Positions 28,926 to 39,305 are shown, counted from the stretch's first letter. The stretch: DNA of 64,000 nucleotides from Turneriella sp. (GCA_965279515.1 CBDIID010000003.1:3264001-3328000); one strand, 5' to 3'. Translations and numbers: made by a program. Notes: generated by a model not told the origin, from the letters alone.

Positions 28926-29405
28926 TCAGGACTTTTTGTTCGTCAGCACCTTTTTCTCCGGCGGGCAGGTGGTGCATTCGGCGTAAATTGTCAGGTGGTG
29001 CTCTTTCATGCGGAAACCGTTCTTCAGGGTAATCTTTTCTTTCAGGTTTTCGAGGCCTGAATCTGCAAACTCAATGATCTTGCCGCAGTCCATGCAGACA
29101 ATATGGTCGTGGTGTTCATGCCCCGGAGTATGCTCATAGAACTTATAGTCTTTGCCGAAATCATGCTCTTCGATGAGCTTCAGGTCAAGCATCATCTGTA
29201 TGACGCGGTATGCCGTTGCCTGCGAGACCTTCTTGCCTTTTTCCCGGAACGAAGCGATCAGTTCTTCGACGGTAAAATGTTCGTGCGTGCGAAAAATCCA
29301 GTCGGCGATTTCATCGCGCTGCGGCGTCGATTTATACTGATTTTGCTGCATGCGCTCTTTCAGCAGGGTCATCTCGCGGGTGATGTTGGCGGCACGCGGT
29401 TCCAT
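28926..29405 (-). CDS. fur: Fur family transcriptional regulator
   Basis: TPQR, HFTVEE, ATAYR, HHDHIVCMDCG and CTTC motifs. Confidence 0.92.
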   Translation of the reverse strand: MEPRAANITREMTLLKERMQQNQYKSTPQRDEIADWIFRTHEHFTVEELIASFREKGKKVSQATAYRVIQMMLDLKLIEEHDFGKDYKFYEHTPGHEHHDHIVCMDCGKIIEFADSGLENLKEKITLKNGFRMKEHHLTIYAECTTCPPEKKVLTNKKS

Positions 29406-29491
29406 ATGCTTAGGGGGCGAGTTAAAAGGCGCTCGTCAAGTCTAATTATATAGTCGGATTGACTTCTCTGCTACAAAATCTATTCTGCAGC

Positions 29492-30478
29492 ATGTTCTTT
29501 TCGAAACTTAACCCATTTCTGCGCTCGCTGCTGTTCGCCGCTTTTTGCGGCGCGGCGTATGGAATTCTGACGCAGCTCTTTGCCCGCTTCGGTATGAAGA
29601 ACGACAAACCGATTCCAGAAGCCTTTCTCGTCATGTCGGCGGCGTACGTCTTTTTGTTACCCGCGGTGATCGGTATGGTGCATGTTTTTATCCGCAGCCG
29701 TGAAAAACCGATCGGTTATGCGGGCGCGATTTTTGAACCGCTCTTGCCCTCGTTATTATGCCTGGTCTTCTCTGTGCTCGTCCATTGGGAAGGTACCATC
29801 TGCCTCATCATGGCTTTGCCGATAATGCTGGCCCTTGCCGCGCTCGGCGGGCTTATCATGCGCCTGATACTGAATTTCAAAAACAAGAACCTCGTCTTTG
29901 CGACCTTTGTTTTCCTGCCGATACCCCTGTCTTTTGCCGAACAACAGATTCCCCTGCCGCAGGAGAAACAGATTGTCGCCAACTCCATACGCATCAACGC
30001 CCCCGCCGCGACTGTCTGGAAAAAAATTGTGCGCGTTGAGAAGATTACCGAACCGCAGGAAAGTATGTTTTTCAGCATGGGGTTTCCCCGCCCCGTTGAA
30101 GCCGTGCTGTCAGGCGACGGCGTAGGGCAGACACGCCTTGCGACATTCGAACGCGGCCTGCAGTTTTTTGAGACAGTAACGCACTGGCGCGAGAATGAAA
30201 AGCTCGGCTTCACGATCAAGGCCGACCCGAAGATGACGCCGATCACTACGCTCGATGCGCACGTGACTGTCGGCGGGGCGTTCTTTGACGTTCTGACCGG
30301 GGTTTATGAAATCGAAAAAATCACGGAACGCGAGATCAATCTGAAGCTCTACAGCGAACACCGTATCTCGACGCATTTCAACTTCTATGCCCGCCTGTGG
30401 AGCCGGTTTCTCATGGGTGAGATACAATCGAATATTCTGACGGTGATCAAAAAACGGGCAGAAGCAGAAAAGGGTTAA
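29492..30478 (+). CDS. Membrane-anchored SRPBCC/polyketide cyclase-like protein
   Basis: About 5 TM helices with EGTICLIMA, then IRINAPAATVW and GFPRP. Confidence 0.75.
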   Translation: MFFSKLNPFLRSLLFAAFCGAAYGILTQLFARFGMKNDKPIPEAFLVMSAAYVFLLPAVIGMVHVFIRSREKPIGYAGAIFEPLLPSLLCLVFSVLVHWEGTICLIMALPIMLALAALGGLIMRLILNFKNKNLVFATFVFLPIPLSFAEQQIPLPQEKQIVANSIRINAPAATVWKKIVRVEKITEPQESMFFSMGFPRPVEAVLSGDGVGQTRLATFERGLQFFETVTHWRENEKLGFTIKADPKMTPITTLDAHVTVGGAFFDVLTGVYEIEKITEREINLKLYSEHRISTHFNFYARLWSRFLMGEIQSNILTVIKKRAEAEKG

Positions 30479-31161
30479 TCCGCCCGGGTGGGGATGAGTT
30501 TTATTTCTCTCTCTTCGCCTTCTTCAGCGAGAAACAGTTTCACCGCCACCGCGCCCACTGCCTGTGTTGCTGCGCCGTCGATCGCTGCGCCCACGACGCC
30601 GCCCGCGATCGGAATCAACTTCGAAAGATTACCCGCGCTGGCGAGACCCATCTTCGCCAGTAACCGCGCCGCCACGCTTGAAGCCATATTCTTGGCCACC
30701 GCTGCGGTCATGCGCGAAATCGCCGTCCGTGTCAGATGTTCACCGAGGCGAATTCCCGCATCTTTGAGAATATCAACGGCGGCAGAACCCAGAAGGCTCG
30801 TATAGACAAGGGTGCGCACCTTATCCGATTCGACTTCGTAACCGCCCATAATTGCAATCGCAGCAATCATACGAACCTGTACATAGAGTACGCTGGAAAT
30901 ATTCGCGGGAATCGCAATCGGCAGCGTGGCAACGCCGCCGAGGTTGGTGAGAAATCCCGAAGTCGCGGCCTTGGTCGTTTGCCAGAGAATTAAATCCTGC
31001 GCTGCCTTGCGCGTATCGCCGCCATTCTTTTCAAGATATTCGCGGGCCAGAACACCCGCCGATGGAAAAAATCCGAAGCCGTTCAGTACCTGCAGGTAGG
31101 CACTGTCGAGTACCCTTTGCATGGCATTGGAATCTTGTTTAATAGGTATGTTTTCTTCCAT
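30475..31161 (-). CDS. EcsC family protein
   Basis: TSGFLTNLGG..TLP..IPAN, QVRMIAAIA and KLIPIAGGVVG motifs. Confidence 0.85.
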   Translation of the reverse strand: MEENIPIKQDSNAMQRVLDSAYLQVLNGFGFFPSAGVLAREYLEKNGGDTRKAAQDLILWQTTKAATSGFLTNLGGVATLPIAIPANISSVLYVQVRMIAAIAIMGGYEVESDKVRTLVYTSLLGSAAVDILKDAGIRLGEHLTRTAISRMTAAVAKNMASSVAARLLAKMGLASAGNLSKLIPIAGGVVGAAIDGAATQAVGAVAVKLFLAEEGEEREIKLIPTRAD

Positions 31162-31252
31162 GCAACCCCTATGCGAAGGATAATATTTCGTAAAACTCTT
31201 TTCACCTTGAATTCAATTTGTCACGCAAACTTCTGACAGTGATAACCGAGCT

Positions 31253-31657
31253 ATGAAAAAATACGACTTGCATGGTTTTATTACATGGCGTTTACCCGAG
31301 GGGATTATCCGCACCGAAGCCAAGGCCGGTGTTGATATAGTGCTCGGTTATGCGATTGAAAACAGCCTGATTGTGAATGAACTCTGCCGCGGTCGCAAAC
31401 ACCCGTTGCTCATCGACCTGAAGAATCTGAAATCGATCACTCCGCAGGCGCGTGCGTATTTTTCGGCGCGTGACCGTGAAACCGACATCAACGCCTTTGG
31501 TTTTATCATCCATTCGACATTCCAGCGCATGGTGGGCAATATTTTCATTCAGTTCAACAATCCTCCCTTACCTACACGCCTCTTCACCAGCGAGGCCGCA
31601 GCGCTCGCGTGGCTGCGCACCTACACTCCCATCGCCAAAAGAGCCCTCTCAGCATAG
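31253..31657 (+). CDS. STAS/SEC14 (SpoIIAA-like) small protein
   Basis: PLLIDL...ITPQARAYF...PTRLF...ALAWL pattern. Confidence 0.7.
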   Translation: MKKYDLHGFITWRLPEGIIRTEAKAGVDIVLGYAIENSLIVNELCRGRKHPLLIDLKNLKSITPQARAYFSARDRETDINAFGFIIHSTFQRMVGNIFIQFNNPPLPTRLFTSEAAALAWLRTYTPIAKRALSA

Positions 31658-31707
31658 TCTGCAATGTCTTGACGCCGCCGCGGTCGATTGCGATCGCTCG
31701 TGCATAA

Positions 31708-32343
31708 ATGATCAACATCGACGCCATCGTGAACTGGATCCAATCGATCCATGAGCCCTATACCTACATGCTTGTTTTCGGCATCCTGTTACTCTGCGGT
31801 TTCGGTCTGCCGATTCCCGAAGATATTACCCTGATCACCGGCGGTCTTATGGCGTATTACGGCAAAGCCGATGTCTTTGTCATGATTGGCGTTGGTCTTG
31901 CCGGTGTGATGATTGGTGACGGCGCGATGTTCCAGATCGGCAAACGTTTCGGCACGCGCGTCTTCGAATGGAAGTGGATGGCGAAAATTTTACACGCCGA
32001 ACGGCTTGAACTCGTCAAAGACAAGCTAAAAAACCATGGCTACAAGGTTATTTTTTCAGCGCGGTTTATGCCGGGAGTGCGCTCACTCGTGTTCCTGTCT
32101 TCCGGTGCGCTGGGCATTCCATTCCGAATTTTCCTGCTCTTCGACGGTATGGCAGCGCTCATTTCCGTGCCGGCGATCGTTTATTCCTGTTATTTTTTCG
32201 GCAATCAAATCAATAAAGCGGTGGGAGTTATCAAGAATGTCGAGCACGGCATTCTCATCGTCATCGGCCTCGGAATTCTCTATTTCGTCGTGAAATATTT
32301 TCTCAAAAAACGCCGCGAACGCAAAGAAGCCACAAGCGTCTGA
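31708..32343 (+). CDS. DedA family membrane protein
   Basis: GLPIPED, IGD...IG and ARFMPGVR motifs. Confidence 0.92.
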   Translation: MINIDAIVNWIQSIHEPYTYMLVFGILLLCGFGLPIPEDITLITGGLMAYYGKADVFVMIGVGLAGVMIGDGAMFQIGKRFGTRVFEWKWMAKILHAERLELVKDKLKNHGYKVIFSARFMPGVRSLVFLSSGALGIPFRIFLLFDGMAALISVPAIVYSCYFFGNQINKAVGVIKNVEHGILIVIGLGILYFVVKYFLKKRRERKEATSV

Positions 32344-32346
32344 AAA

Positions 32347-33993
32347 TCACAGGTCAATGTGCACGGCCTTTGACCACGGGCCGAACTCTTCGCCGACAAT
32401 TGCCCGCACGCGGTAGGTGTTCGTGGCTTTTTTCAGCGGTAAAAGATCGTAACATTCGCTCTTGGTAATTGAACGTGAAACAGCAACCCAGTTGCTTCCG
32501 GCATCGTCCCAGCGTTCCATCTGGTAGCCGAGCGCACCTGCAACATCTTCCCAGTCGGCCAGCACACGGCCGTTGACAAACTCGAGCTGGAAGCGTTCGA
32601 TAATGGCATCAGCGGGATTGATGTTTTCGGGTGAGCGTTTTTCCTGGACGGATTTCTGCCTGCGTTCCTCTGCCATGACATGTACCTGACGGGCTACTTC
32701 CGGAAATTTTGTCAGTACATTATCGAAGGTGAATTTATCGAGTGTATACAGGTCGCAATAATCGGCGGCGCGCACACTGGCCGTTCGCTCGCTGCTGAAA
32801 AGAATAGCGATTTCCCCGAAAAAGCTGCCATCCGATAGCGTCGCGAACACAGTATTACCATCTTCAGACACGATTTCCACTTTGCCGCGACTGATGAAAT
32901 ACATCTGATCGCCCATCTCACCCTTCCGGAAAATAAAATCTCCCGGCGTATAAAGTACGGGTTTTAAATTCAGTACGATCTGCCTTATCAGGTCATCGGG
33001 CGCGCCATTGAACATGGGCACTTTTTCGATGATTTCTTTATTGAGATGCAAGGCAACCTGCAATTTTAATGAAGAAGGTAGCTCATCGAGTACCGCAGAT
33101 TCGTCGAAACCGCGGCGATTGTTCCACAAGTAATCATAGTATGTGCGGATGCTATCCTGCAATTCGCCCGGAACATCGCGGTATTGCATGAAGGTCTGGA
33201 TTTTTTCCATTTTGGCGCGGAACTGCGTGCGCGCGAGATCGCTGTTTGCAAGCATACTCGCGAGATTACCAATGATGTAACCATACATGCCCGCACCCGT
33301 GAGCTGCACGAACATGGTGTAGATCATCTGCGGATTGGTCTTTGGCGTGATGTCCCCATAACCGATCGTTGTGATGGTCGTCATACACCAGTAGAGCGCC
33401 CTGATATAATGCGTCAGATCGCTGACGGGGTCTTTATTCGAGGGATCGATCTGAATTCCTAATGCCAGGCCACCGCAGGCAACCCAGTGTGCAATAATCA
33501 GTACGACAAAAATCGTAAACAGTAGCCGGACAATCCCCGGATTAATGAGCTCTTTCTTCCTTTTTGTCTCCAGGAAAGGAAAGATATGGTGCAGCCGAAG
33601 TAACTGCACCTGCAACAAGATCTGTATATAACGGGGAGAGAACAGACGCAGAGAACGCGCGGCATTAGAAGCCTCAGAAAGCCATCCGTCAGCAATCAGC
33701 AGATCGAACGGAATGGCGGTAATCAGGTCAACGATGAACCAGGATCGCAGGTATTTGATGGCTATGACCTTTTTCGAGGTGACTTCCTGGCCATCGACGG
33801 TTATCGTCGTGAAGAAGGTTACGAGGATATCGAGGCTGAAAATGATCGGATACGTGAAATGAATAAACCGGATCCATTGGGGCGTCGCATATTTCAGCGA
33901 AAGATGCAGTGGCACTTCGAGAGCAGCAAAAAGCGTTATGACAAGCAATACGGCATCGAAATAGCGCTTGTAACGGTTATCCTGCTTTATCAT
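32347..33993 (-). CDS. Cyclic nucleotide-gated potassium channel with a C-terminal Fn3-like extension
   Basis: 6-TM channel, TTIGYGD selectivity filter, C-linker, and a CNBD (FFGEIA...RTASVRA). Confidence 0.93.
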   Translation of the reverse strand: MIKQDNRYKRYFDAVLLVITLFAALEVPLHLSLKYATPQWIRFIHFTYPIIFSLDILVTFFTTITVDGQEVTSKKVIAIKYLRSWFIVDLITAIPFDLLIADGWLSEASNAARSLRLFSPRYIQILLQVQLLRLHHIFPFLETKRKKELINPGIVRLLFTIFVVLIIAHWVACGGLALGIQIDPSNKDPVSDLTHYIRALYWCMTTITTIGYGDITPKTNPQMIYTMFVQLTGAGMYGYIIGNLASMLANSDLARTQFRAKMEKIQTFMQYRDVPGELQDSIRTYYDYLWNNRRGFDESAVLDELPSSLKLQVALHLNKEIIEKVPMFNGAPDDLIRQIVLNLKPVLYTPGDFIFRKGEMGDQMYFISRGKVEIVSEDGNTVFATLSDGSFFGEIAILFSSERTASVRAADYCDLYTLDKFTFDNVLTKFPEVARQVHVMAEERRQKSVQEKRSPENINPADAIIERFQLEFVNGRVLADWEDVAGALGYQMERWDDAGSNWVAVSRSITKSECYDLLPLKKATNTYRVRAIVGEEFGPWSKAVHIDL

Positions 33994-34092
33994 AAATGCC
34001 CGCGGCTATCTTTGAATATCGGCCAGCAAGCATGTGGTGTTTAGGCCTGCCTGCCACGAAAGCGGAAATCTCCTGATTTTCTGCCCCGAAGG

Positions 34093-35211
34093 TTACTTCA
34101 GGTAGGTCAGCGCTTCAGGGATCGGATAGGTATAGAGCATCACCGGCGTGTCTTTGAGCTCGGCCAGCGCAGTGATGGCTTGCACTATCGGTTCAACCTG
34201 GTTAGGGCCGAGGCTCGCAAGAATGATTTCGCGCTCATCGCTTTTTTCGAGCGAATGCGCCTTTTGCTGCTGCGGATAGGCATTGGCATAGATGACCGAC
34301 GTGCCGCCGGCACCCGCTTCCATGGCTGCAAGCGAAACGGCGTCGCCCAACCCGCGCTTGACGATGACGTTGAGGCCCATGAGGTTAGTCAGCTTCTTTC
34401 TTTCTTTTTTCGTCGCAGTCTGCACGGTACCGCTGGCGCGCCAGTTGGTGTTACCCTGAATCTGGTCGATGGCTTTGATAATCTGCTCCATCGTCGCTGG
34501 GTAGGGCGTTGTGTTCTGCCAGCTGATTGTGTTGATGAGGCCCTTTTCTACGCGGTGCGTGGAGATAAAACCCATCGCCGGTTGATCGAGTTTGCCCTCT
34601 TCGACCATGATCTCGAAGATACGCTCAGCTTCGGCCGAACCAACAACAACTTCGAGCAGTTCCTTTTTGGGATTGATCGCCAGCTGCAGCATGAAGTTCA
34701 GCCGATCGCGTATGCCGTGGCCATAACCGAAACTGATTGTCGGCGAAGGACTACCGGCCACCATCGCGCCGCGCGCGATTTCTTCAGCCATACCGCGCTG
34801 GCTGATACAGGTGATGGCTACGAGGTCTTTGTGGAATTCATAACTCTCGCCTGCCGCGACGGGAGAACCCGCAAACGGATCGGTGCCCGAAATCCAGAAG
34901 TCGTGTATGCGGCTCGCATAGATTGCGCCACCACCGAAGTGGTCGAGCTTACCGGTTTTGATGAGGTTGGTCATCACCGTGTCGACATGGGCCGCCGGTA
35001 CCAGCAGGTAGAGAGTGTCGAGTGAGGGGGAGATCCCACCGAGTTTAAAGAAGCCGACCTTTTTGCCGTGCATGAGCCCGCGCGCATTGGTGACGAATGT
35101 GGGCTTTACACCCATATCGATCGCCGACTGTACGAGAGTCTTGCTCTTCGAGCGGTCAACGACACAGGTAACGAGGTAGTAGTCGGTGAAGTGTTGTAAT
35201 TTATCGATCAT
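34093..35211 (-). CDS. PII-like protein with three tandem PII-like domains
   Basis: Three repeats of about 95 aa (TC/VIV-x-R...A...G...G-x-I). ATGA overlap with the DUF1538 gene. Confidence 0.75.
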   Translation of the reverse strand: MIDKLQHFTDYYLVTCVVDRSKSKTLVQSAIDMGVKPTFVTNARGLMHGKKVGFFKLGGISPSLDTLYLLVPAAHVDTVMTNLIKTGKLDHFGGGAIYASRIHDFWISGTDPFAGSPVAAGESYEFHKDLVAITCISQRGMAEEIARGAMVAGSPSPTISFGYGHGIRDRLNFMLQLAINPKKELLEVVVGSAEAERIFEIMVEEGKLDQPAMGFISTHRVEKGLINTISWQNTTPYPATMEQIIKAIDQIQGNTNWRASGTVQTATKKERKKLTNLMGLNVIVKRGLGDAVSLAAMEAGAGGTSVIYANAYPQQQKAHSLEKSDEREIILASLGPNQVEPIVQAITALAELKDTPVMLYTYPIPEALTYLK

Positions 35212-36824
35212 TGTGCGGCCGCCGTTTCACGCGGGGTTCTCAGGCGTATGTAAAGCCCAAGCAGCAGAATATTGAGAACCGGATATGCAGAAGCAAGGGC
35301 GAGTACGCCGAAACCTTCACCTGCACCGGTCGCCGAACTGAGCGAAAGGCCGATCGCAAGTTTCAGGGGCACGGTCACGGGGCCCGTGGTGACCGCGCCA
35401 CCGTCCCATGCGATGTTGACGTATTTCTCTTCGTTGAAAATCGTCAGTACCAGCAGGAGTCCGTACGGCGGCAAAAGCAGGTAAAGAAGATCAATGTTAT
35501 ACAGAAGTGAAATGATTCCGAGCCCTGCGCCAATACCCACGCCCAAAGCCACAGCCTGGCTGAATAAATTCTTTTTGAACGCACCCTGCGTCACGTCTTC
35601 GACCTGCTGCCCGAGGACGTTGAAGGCCGGTTCGGCAAGTGTCGCGCCATAACCCAAGATCACGGCGAAGATGACAACAATGACCTTTCCGAAGTTTGTG
35701 CCATAGAGCGGCGCCATCGCATCGATCGGCGGTTTCGCATCGGCAAGGAAGGCGTTGGGTAATGTGTCACCGACCTGGTTGCCGAGTTCACTTAAACCCA
35801 CTGCGAGGCCAAAGTTAAAAAGGAACAGGCCGATAATGGCGAAAAAGATCGCGAGCACGAGCTGCGGAGTGGGGATGCCTTTCTCTTTCAGGAAAAAGCG
35901 CATCACCACAAAAAGGAATGTGAAGATCGGCAGAATCGCCTGCACACCCAACAGCGCCGAATCTTTCACCATCATCAGCATTGAAGGGGCAACGACAACT
36001 TCCGCGGGGCCGTGAGCGACGGCAGCCGCGTGGCCCTGATCGAGAAAAGATAAAATGAAAGTCAAAATAACAACCATCGTAATCGGTATGATGGAAATAA
36101 GCGCAACCATGCCGAAGCCTGCCATGCCACCGTCACCCCGACCCGTGGCGCGGCAAACGCCGAGCCCAAGGGCAAGCACGAGCGGACAGAGCACGGGACC
36201 GACAATCACGGCTCCGGTATCCCATGCTAAACCGATGGCTTCTTTCAGATGCTGGTTGCGTGAGGCGACGAGTGTGAGGACAATACCGATACCGATGAGC
36301 GGCAGTACAATCGGCTTGAGGCTCCAGCCGTAGATGAACCGCATGGTGCCAATGACCACGGCGACGCCGACGCCGAAAGCCACCGTAAACACGAGGTAGA
36401 AGGGTTTGCCTTTTAAGAGTTTATAGAGCAGGGGCGAATGCGATTCCTGAAGGCTCGAGCCCGCCTGCTGCAGAGAACCGATCACAGGCTCGCCGAATGC
36501 CGCGAGTACGCCGAGTACGAAGGCAAATAACAGAATGGTTTTGCCGGAACTGCGCTTGGGCAGTGTGTTACCGACAGTCTCGCCGATCGGAACGAGGCCG
36601 ATCTTCACACCCTCGAGAAAAAACGCGAGGCCCATGATGACCATCGAGATGCCACCGACCATGCCACCGATTTTCTCGAGGCCAAAACGCAGAATGACGA
36701 TCTGGAATGCCACCAGGTAGAGGCACACCGGCGCCACAATCACGACCTGTTCTTTGATATTGTGGTACGCATACGGCAAAAGTATGCGCATCTGCTCGCC
36801 GAATGAGAGTTTAATCCGTTCCAT
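35208..36824 (-). CDS. Internally duplicated DUF1538 family membrane protein (putative transporter)
   Basis: Two homologous hydrophobic halves: GEP...AWDTGAVIVGPV and AEP...AWDGGAVTTGPVTVP. Confidence 0.85.
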   Translation of the reverse strand: MERIKLSFGEQMRILLPYAYHNIKEQVVIVAPVCLYLVAFQIVILRFGLEKIGGMVGGISMVIMGLAFFLEGVKIGLVPIGETVGNTLPKRSSGKTILLFAFVLGVLAAFGEPVIGSLQQAGSSLQESHSPLLYKLLKGKPFYLVFTVAFGVGVAVVIGTMRFIYGWSLKPIVLPLIGIGIVLTLVASRNQHLKEAIGLAWDTGAVIVGPVLCPLVLALGLGVCRATGRGDGGMAGFGMVALISIIPITMVVILTFILSFLDQGHAAAVAHGPAEVVVAPSMLMMVKDSALLGVQAILPIFTFLFVVMRFFLKEKGIPTPQLVLAIFFAIIGLFLFNFGLAVGLSELGNQVGDTLPNAFLADAKPPIDAMAPLYGTNFGKVIVVIFAVILGYGATLAEPAFNVLGQQVEDVTQGAFKKNLFSQAVALGVGIGAGLGIISLLYNIDLLYLLLPPYGLLLVLTIFNEEKYVNIAWDGGAVTTGPVTVPLKLAIGLSLSSATGAGEGFGVLALASAYPVLNILLLGLYIRLRTPRETAAAQ

Positions 36825-36893
36825 AGACCGCCTGCTAAGGCCAGCCTTTCTTACGCGGTTGTAATTGGAATCATTTTTAACAGAATTTTAACA

Positions 36894-37511
36894 CTAGCCG
36901 GGCGGTTTTGTCGCAGCAATACTGGGGTTCGCGGCGTGAAAATCCAGGTAGGCCTTCAGCGTCGGGTCGCTCAGCACCGGGTACATCTCACGAAAGCGCA
37001 GCCAATCGAGAATACAATAGAATGTCAGCTCTGAGAGACCGATTTTTTTCTCGGCTGTGAAATAATTCTCTGTCAATTGGGTCTTGAGCCAGGTGAGGAT
37101 AGACTCTGTGCGGGCGCGCTGCTTCACGAGGTAAGCCACCTTATCGACTTCGACGCCGTCTTTGCGCAGATAGAAGACATTGATCGCCGATTCGACGCAG
37201 CCGTCGGCCGCCGTGACGAGATTTTTCTCCCGCCAGACTTCCGCGCCCTGCGGCTCACGCAGCAGTTTCGCATTCCCCTTGTGTTTTTTCGAAAGATATT
37301 CAATGATGGTGTGGCTATCCCACAGCACGATGCCATCGATTTCGACGCAAGGTACTTTCCAGATTGGGTTCTTCTTGCGCATTGCGGCCTGCCCGGCGTC
37401 GGTGAGTGAGTCGACGAGTTCAAAGGGGATATCCAGTTCGTGGCACAAATAACGCAGGCGCCGTACGAAGGGTGAGGTGACACTGCCGTAGAGGGTAATG
37501 GGGTTGGGCAT
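36894..37511 (-). CDS. Glutathione S-transferase family protein
   Basis: SPFVRR, NPIWKVP and LWDSHTIIEYL motifs. Confidence 0.9.
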   Translation of the reverse strand: MPNPITLYGSVTSPFVRRLRYLCHELDIPFELVDSLTDAGQAAMRKKNPIWKVPCVEIDGIVLWDSHTIIEYLSKKHKGNAKLLREPQGAEVWREKNLVTAADGCVESAINVFYLRKDGVEVDKVAYLVKQRARTESILTWLKTQLTENYFTAEKKIGLSELTFYCILDWLRFREMYPVLSDPTLKAYLDFHAANPSIAATKPPG

Positions 37512-37600
37512 AATTTAAACCCCGGTATATCGCGGAAAATAAGTCTTCGCAGCAATCGGAAAAATCTGCATGGTTTTGCCGCAGGAGGCAGCTTAGGGCC

Positions 37601-38407
37601 TTATCCCAGAATCCGGCCGAAAATAAATTCGTTCAGACCCTTGGGAATTAGCGCTGAGGCGAAACCCGCGGCGTGGCCAAGACCAATAGGGTAGCGCAAA
37701 TCTGGCTTATCCTTGCGGGCAACTTTCAGTATCAGCGCCGCGATATCTTCCGGCGCAGATGCTATGAAGCCGCTTCCGGATTCCAGGTTTTCAACCAGCC
37801 CGAATACACGTTGGTAATCGGGAATATTGTTCGGAGACTTTTCCAGGTTTTGGGTAATGTTTGTCCTGACCGGGCCCGGCTCGATCAGTGACACAAAGAC
37901 ATCAAACCGGATCATCTCATAGCGGAGCGCCTCGCAGAAGCCTTCAATGGCGTACTTTGAGGCACAATAGGCTGACAGCATGGGCGCGGCAAACCGTCCA
38001 AAGCCAGAGCTGATTTGGATGATTTTGCCCTTCCTCTGGATGCGCATTTGCGGCAATGCCATTTGAATCAGCCGGACGCTGGCAAAATAATTTATCTCAA
38101 ACTGCCGGCGCATCATGTCTGGCGATGCCTCTTCAGCCGGCCCGACGGCCATCGCTCCGGCGTTATTGATGAGGATATCCACACCACTCTTGATGAATTC
38201 GTGATCCCCCAGCTGCAATTCCAATGCTCGCGCATCTGCGAGGTCGACTCGTACGATCTGTATTTTCGGAAATTGCGACCGCAGCCGAAGTTCATCAGAC
38301 TCCTTTCTGACTGTCGCAAGGATCTCATACTCCTGTGTTGCGCTCATTGCGCTCAGTGTTTCGTATCCGATACCCGAGGATACTCCCGTGATAAGTACTT
38401 TATCCAT
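37601..38407 (-). CDS. Short-chain dehydrogenase/reductase
   Basis: TGVSSGIG, NNAG, YCASK and IEPGPV motifs. Confidence 0.92.
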   Translation of the reverse strand: MDKVLITGVSSGIGYETLSAMSATQEYEILATVRKESDELRLRSQFPKIQIVRVDLADARALELQLGDHEFIKSGVDILINNAGAMAVGPAEEASPDMMRRQFEINYFASVRLIQMALPQMRIQRKGKIIQISSGFGRFAAPMLSAYCASKYAIEGFCEALRYEMIRFDVFVSLIEPGPVRTNITQNLEKSPNNIPDYQRVFGLVENLESGSGFIASAPEDIAALILKVARKDKPDLRYPIGLGHAAGFASALIPKGLNEFIFGRILG

Positions 38408-38516
38408 GCGTACGTCAGAAATCAGGTGCAAACAAAGAGTAAACAACAAACCGGTAAACTGTGGTCCGCTGGGATTTAAAAGTGTCGATACGTCCTTCCT
38501 TCTGGAATTAGTCCGC

Positions 38517-39287
38517 ATGAAGCTTGAAAATAAGAACATTATTATTGTCGGCGGTTCCGATGGAATCGGCCAGGCCGTGGCTGTTGAGCTAAGCCGCGGG
38601 AATAATACCATTGCGATCATTGCGCGGAATCAAAAAACGCTCGAGGAGACTGCTGCGATGATTCGCCGAAACGGCAGCAAGGCTATCGTGAAAATCGCCG
38701 ACGCACTCGATACGGAAATCGCCGAAAAAACTGTGCAGGAACTGAGTGCAGAAATGGGCCGCATCGATATGGCGCTGCTGAACGTGGGCGGCGCCGGAAG
38801 CACTTTGGAGGTTTTGACGGGGAAACCCGGCGACGCAAATATGACAATGCGCCTGAATTTTGAAACGATGACAAATTATCTATTCCCGCTGGCGAAAATC
38901 ATGAAGGGACAGGCGGGCGGTGGCATTATTGCACATACGAATTCACTCGCGGGATTCATCGGCATGCCGCTTGCCATGCATTACAATGCCGGGAAAGCGG
39001 CGACCCGGATCTTCTTAGATGGCGCCCGGATTGAACTCGCCAGGCACGATATTCGTATCGTTAATCTCTGCCCGGGGTTTGTGGAAACCCGCCTGCAAGA
39101 AAACAATCCGTTACCGAAGCCATTTCTGATGAGCGCCGAGACCGCTGCAAAAGAGATGGTGCAGGCAATCGCCGATGAAAAGGCCGAGCATCTCTTCCCC
39201 TGGCAATTAGCGGTAGGTACCACATTGGGCCAAATGCAGCCCAAGTGGGTATTACAAAAATTCTTTGAGTTGGCTGTGCCTGAGTGA
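38517..39287 (+). CDS. Short-chain dehydrogenase/reductase
   Basis: VGGSDGIG, YNAGK and CPGFVET motifs. Confidence 0.9.
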   Translation: MKLENKNIIIVGGSDGIGQAVAVELSRGNNTIAIIARNQKTLEETAAMIRRNGSKAIVKIADALDTEIAEKTVQELSAEMGRIDMALLNVGGAGSTLEVLTGKPGDANMTMRLNFETMTNYLFPLAKIMKGQAGGGIIAHTNSLAGFIGMPLAMHYNAGKAATRIFLDGARIELARHDIRIVNLCPGFVETRLQENNPLPKPFLMSAETAAKEMVQAIADEKAEHLFPWQLAVGTTLGQMQPKWVLQKFFELAVPE

Positions 39288-39305
39288 CCTGGAAAAGTTT
39301 TTCGG

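Noticed and set aside
29435..29463. Fur box upstream of fur
   Set aside because: GTCAA...TATATA...TTGAC is an imperfect dyad that does not match the GATAATGATAATCATTATC consensus; it may just be two opposing -35 elements.
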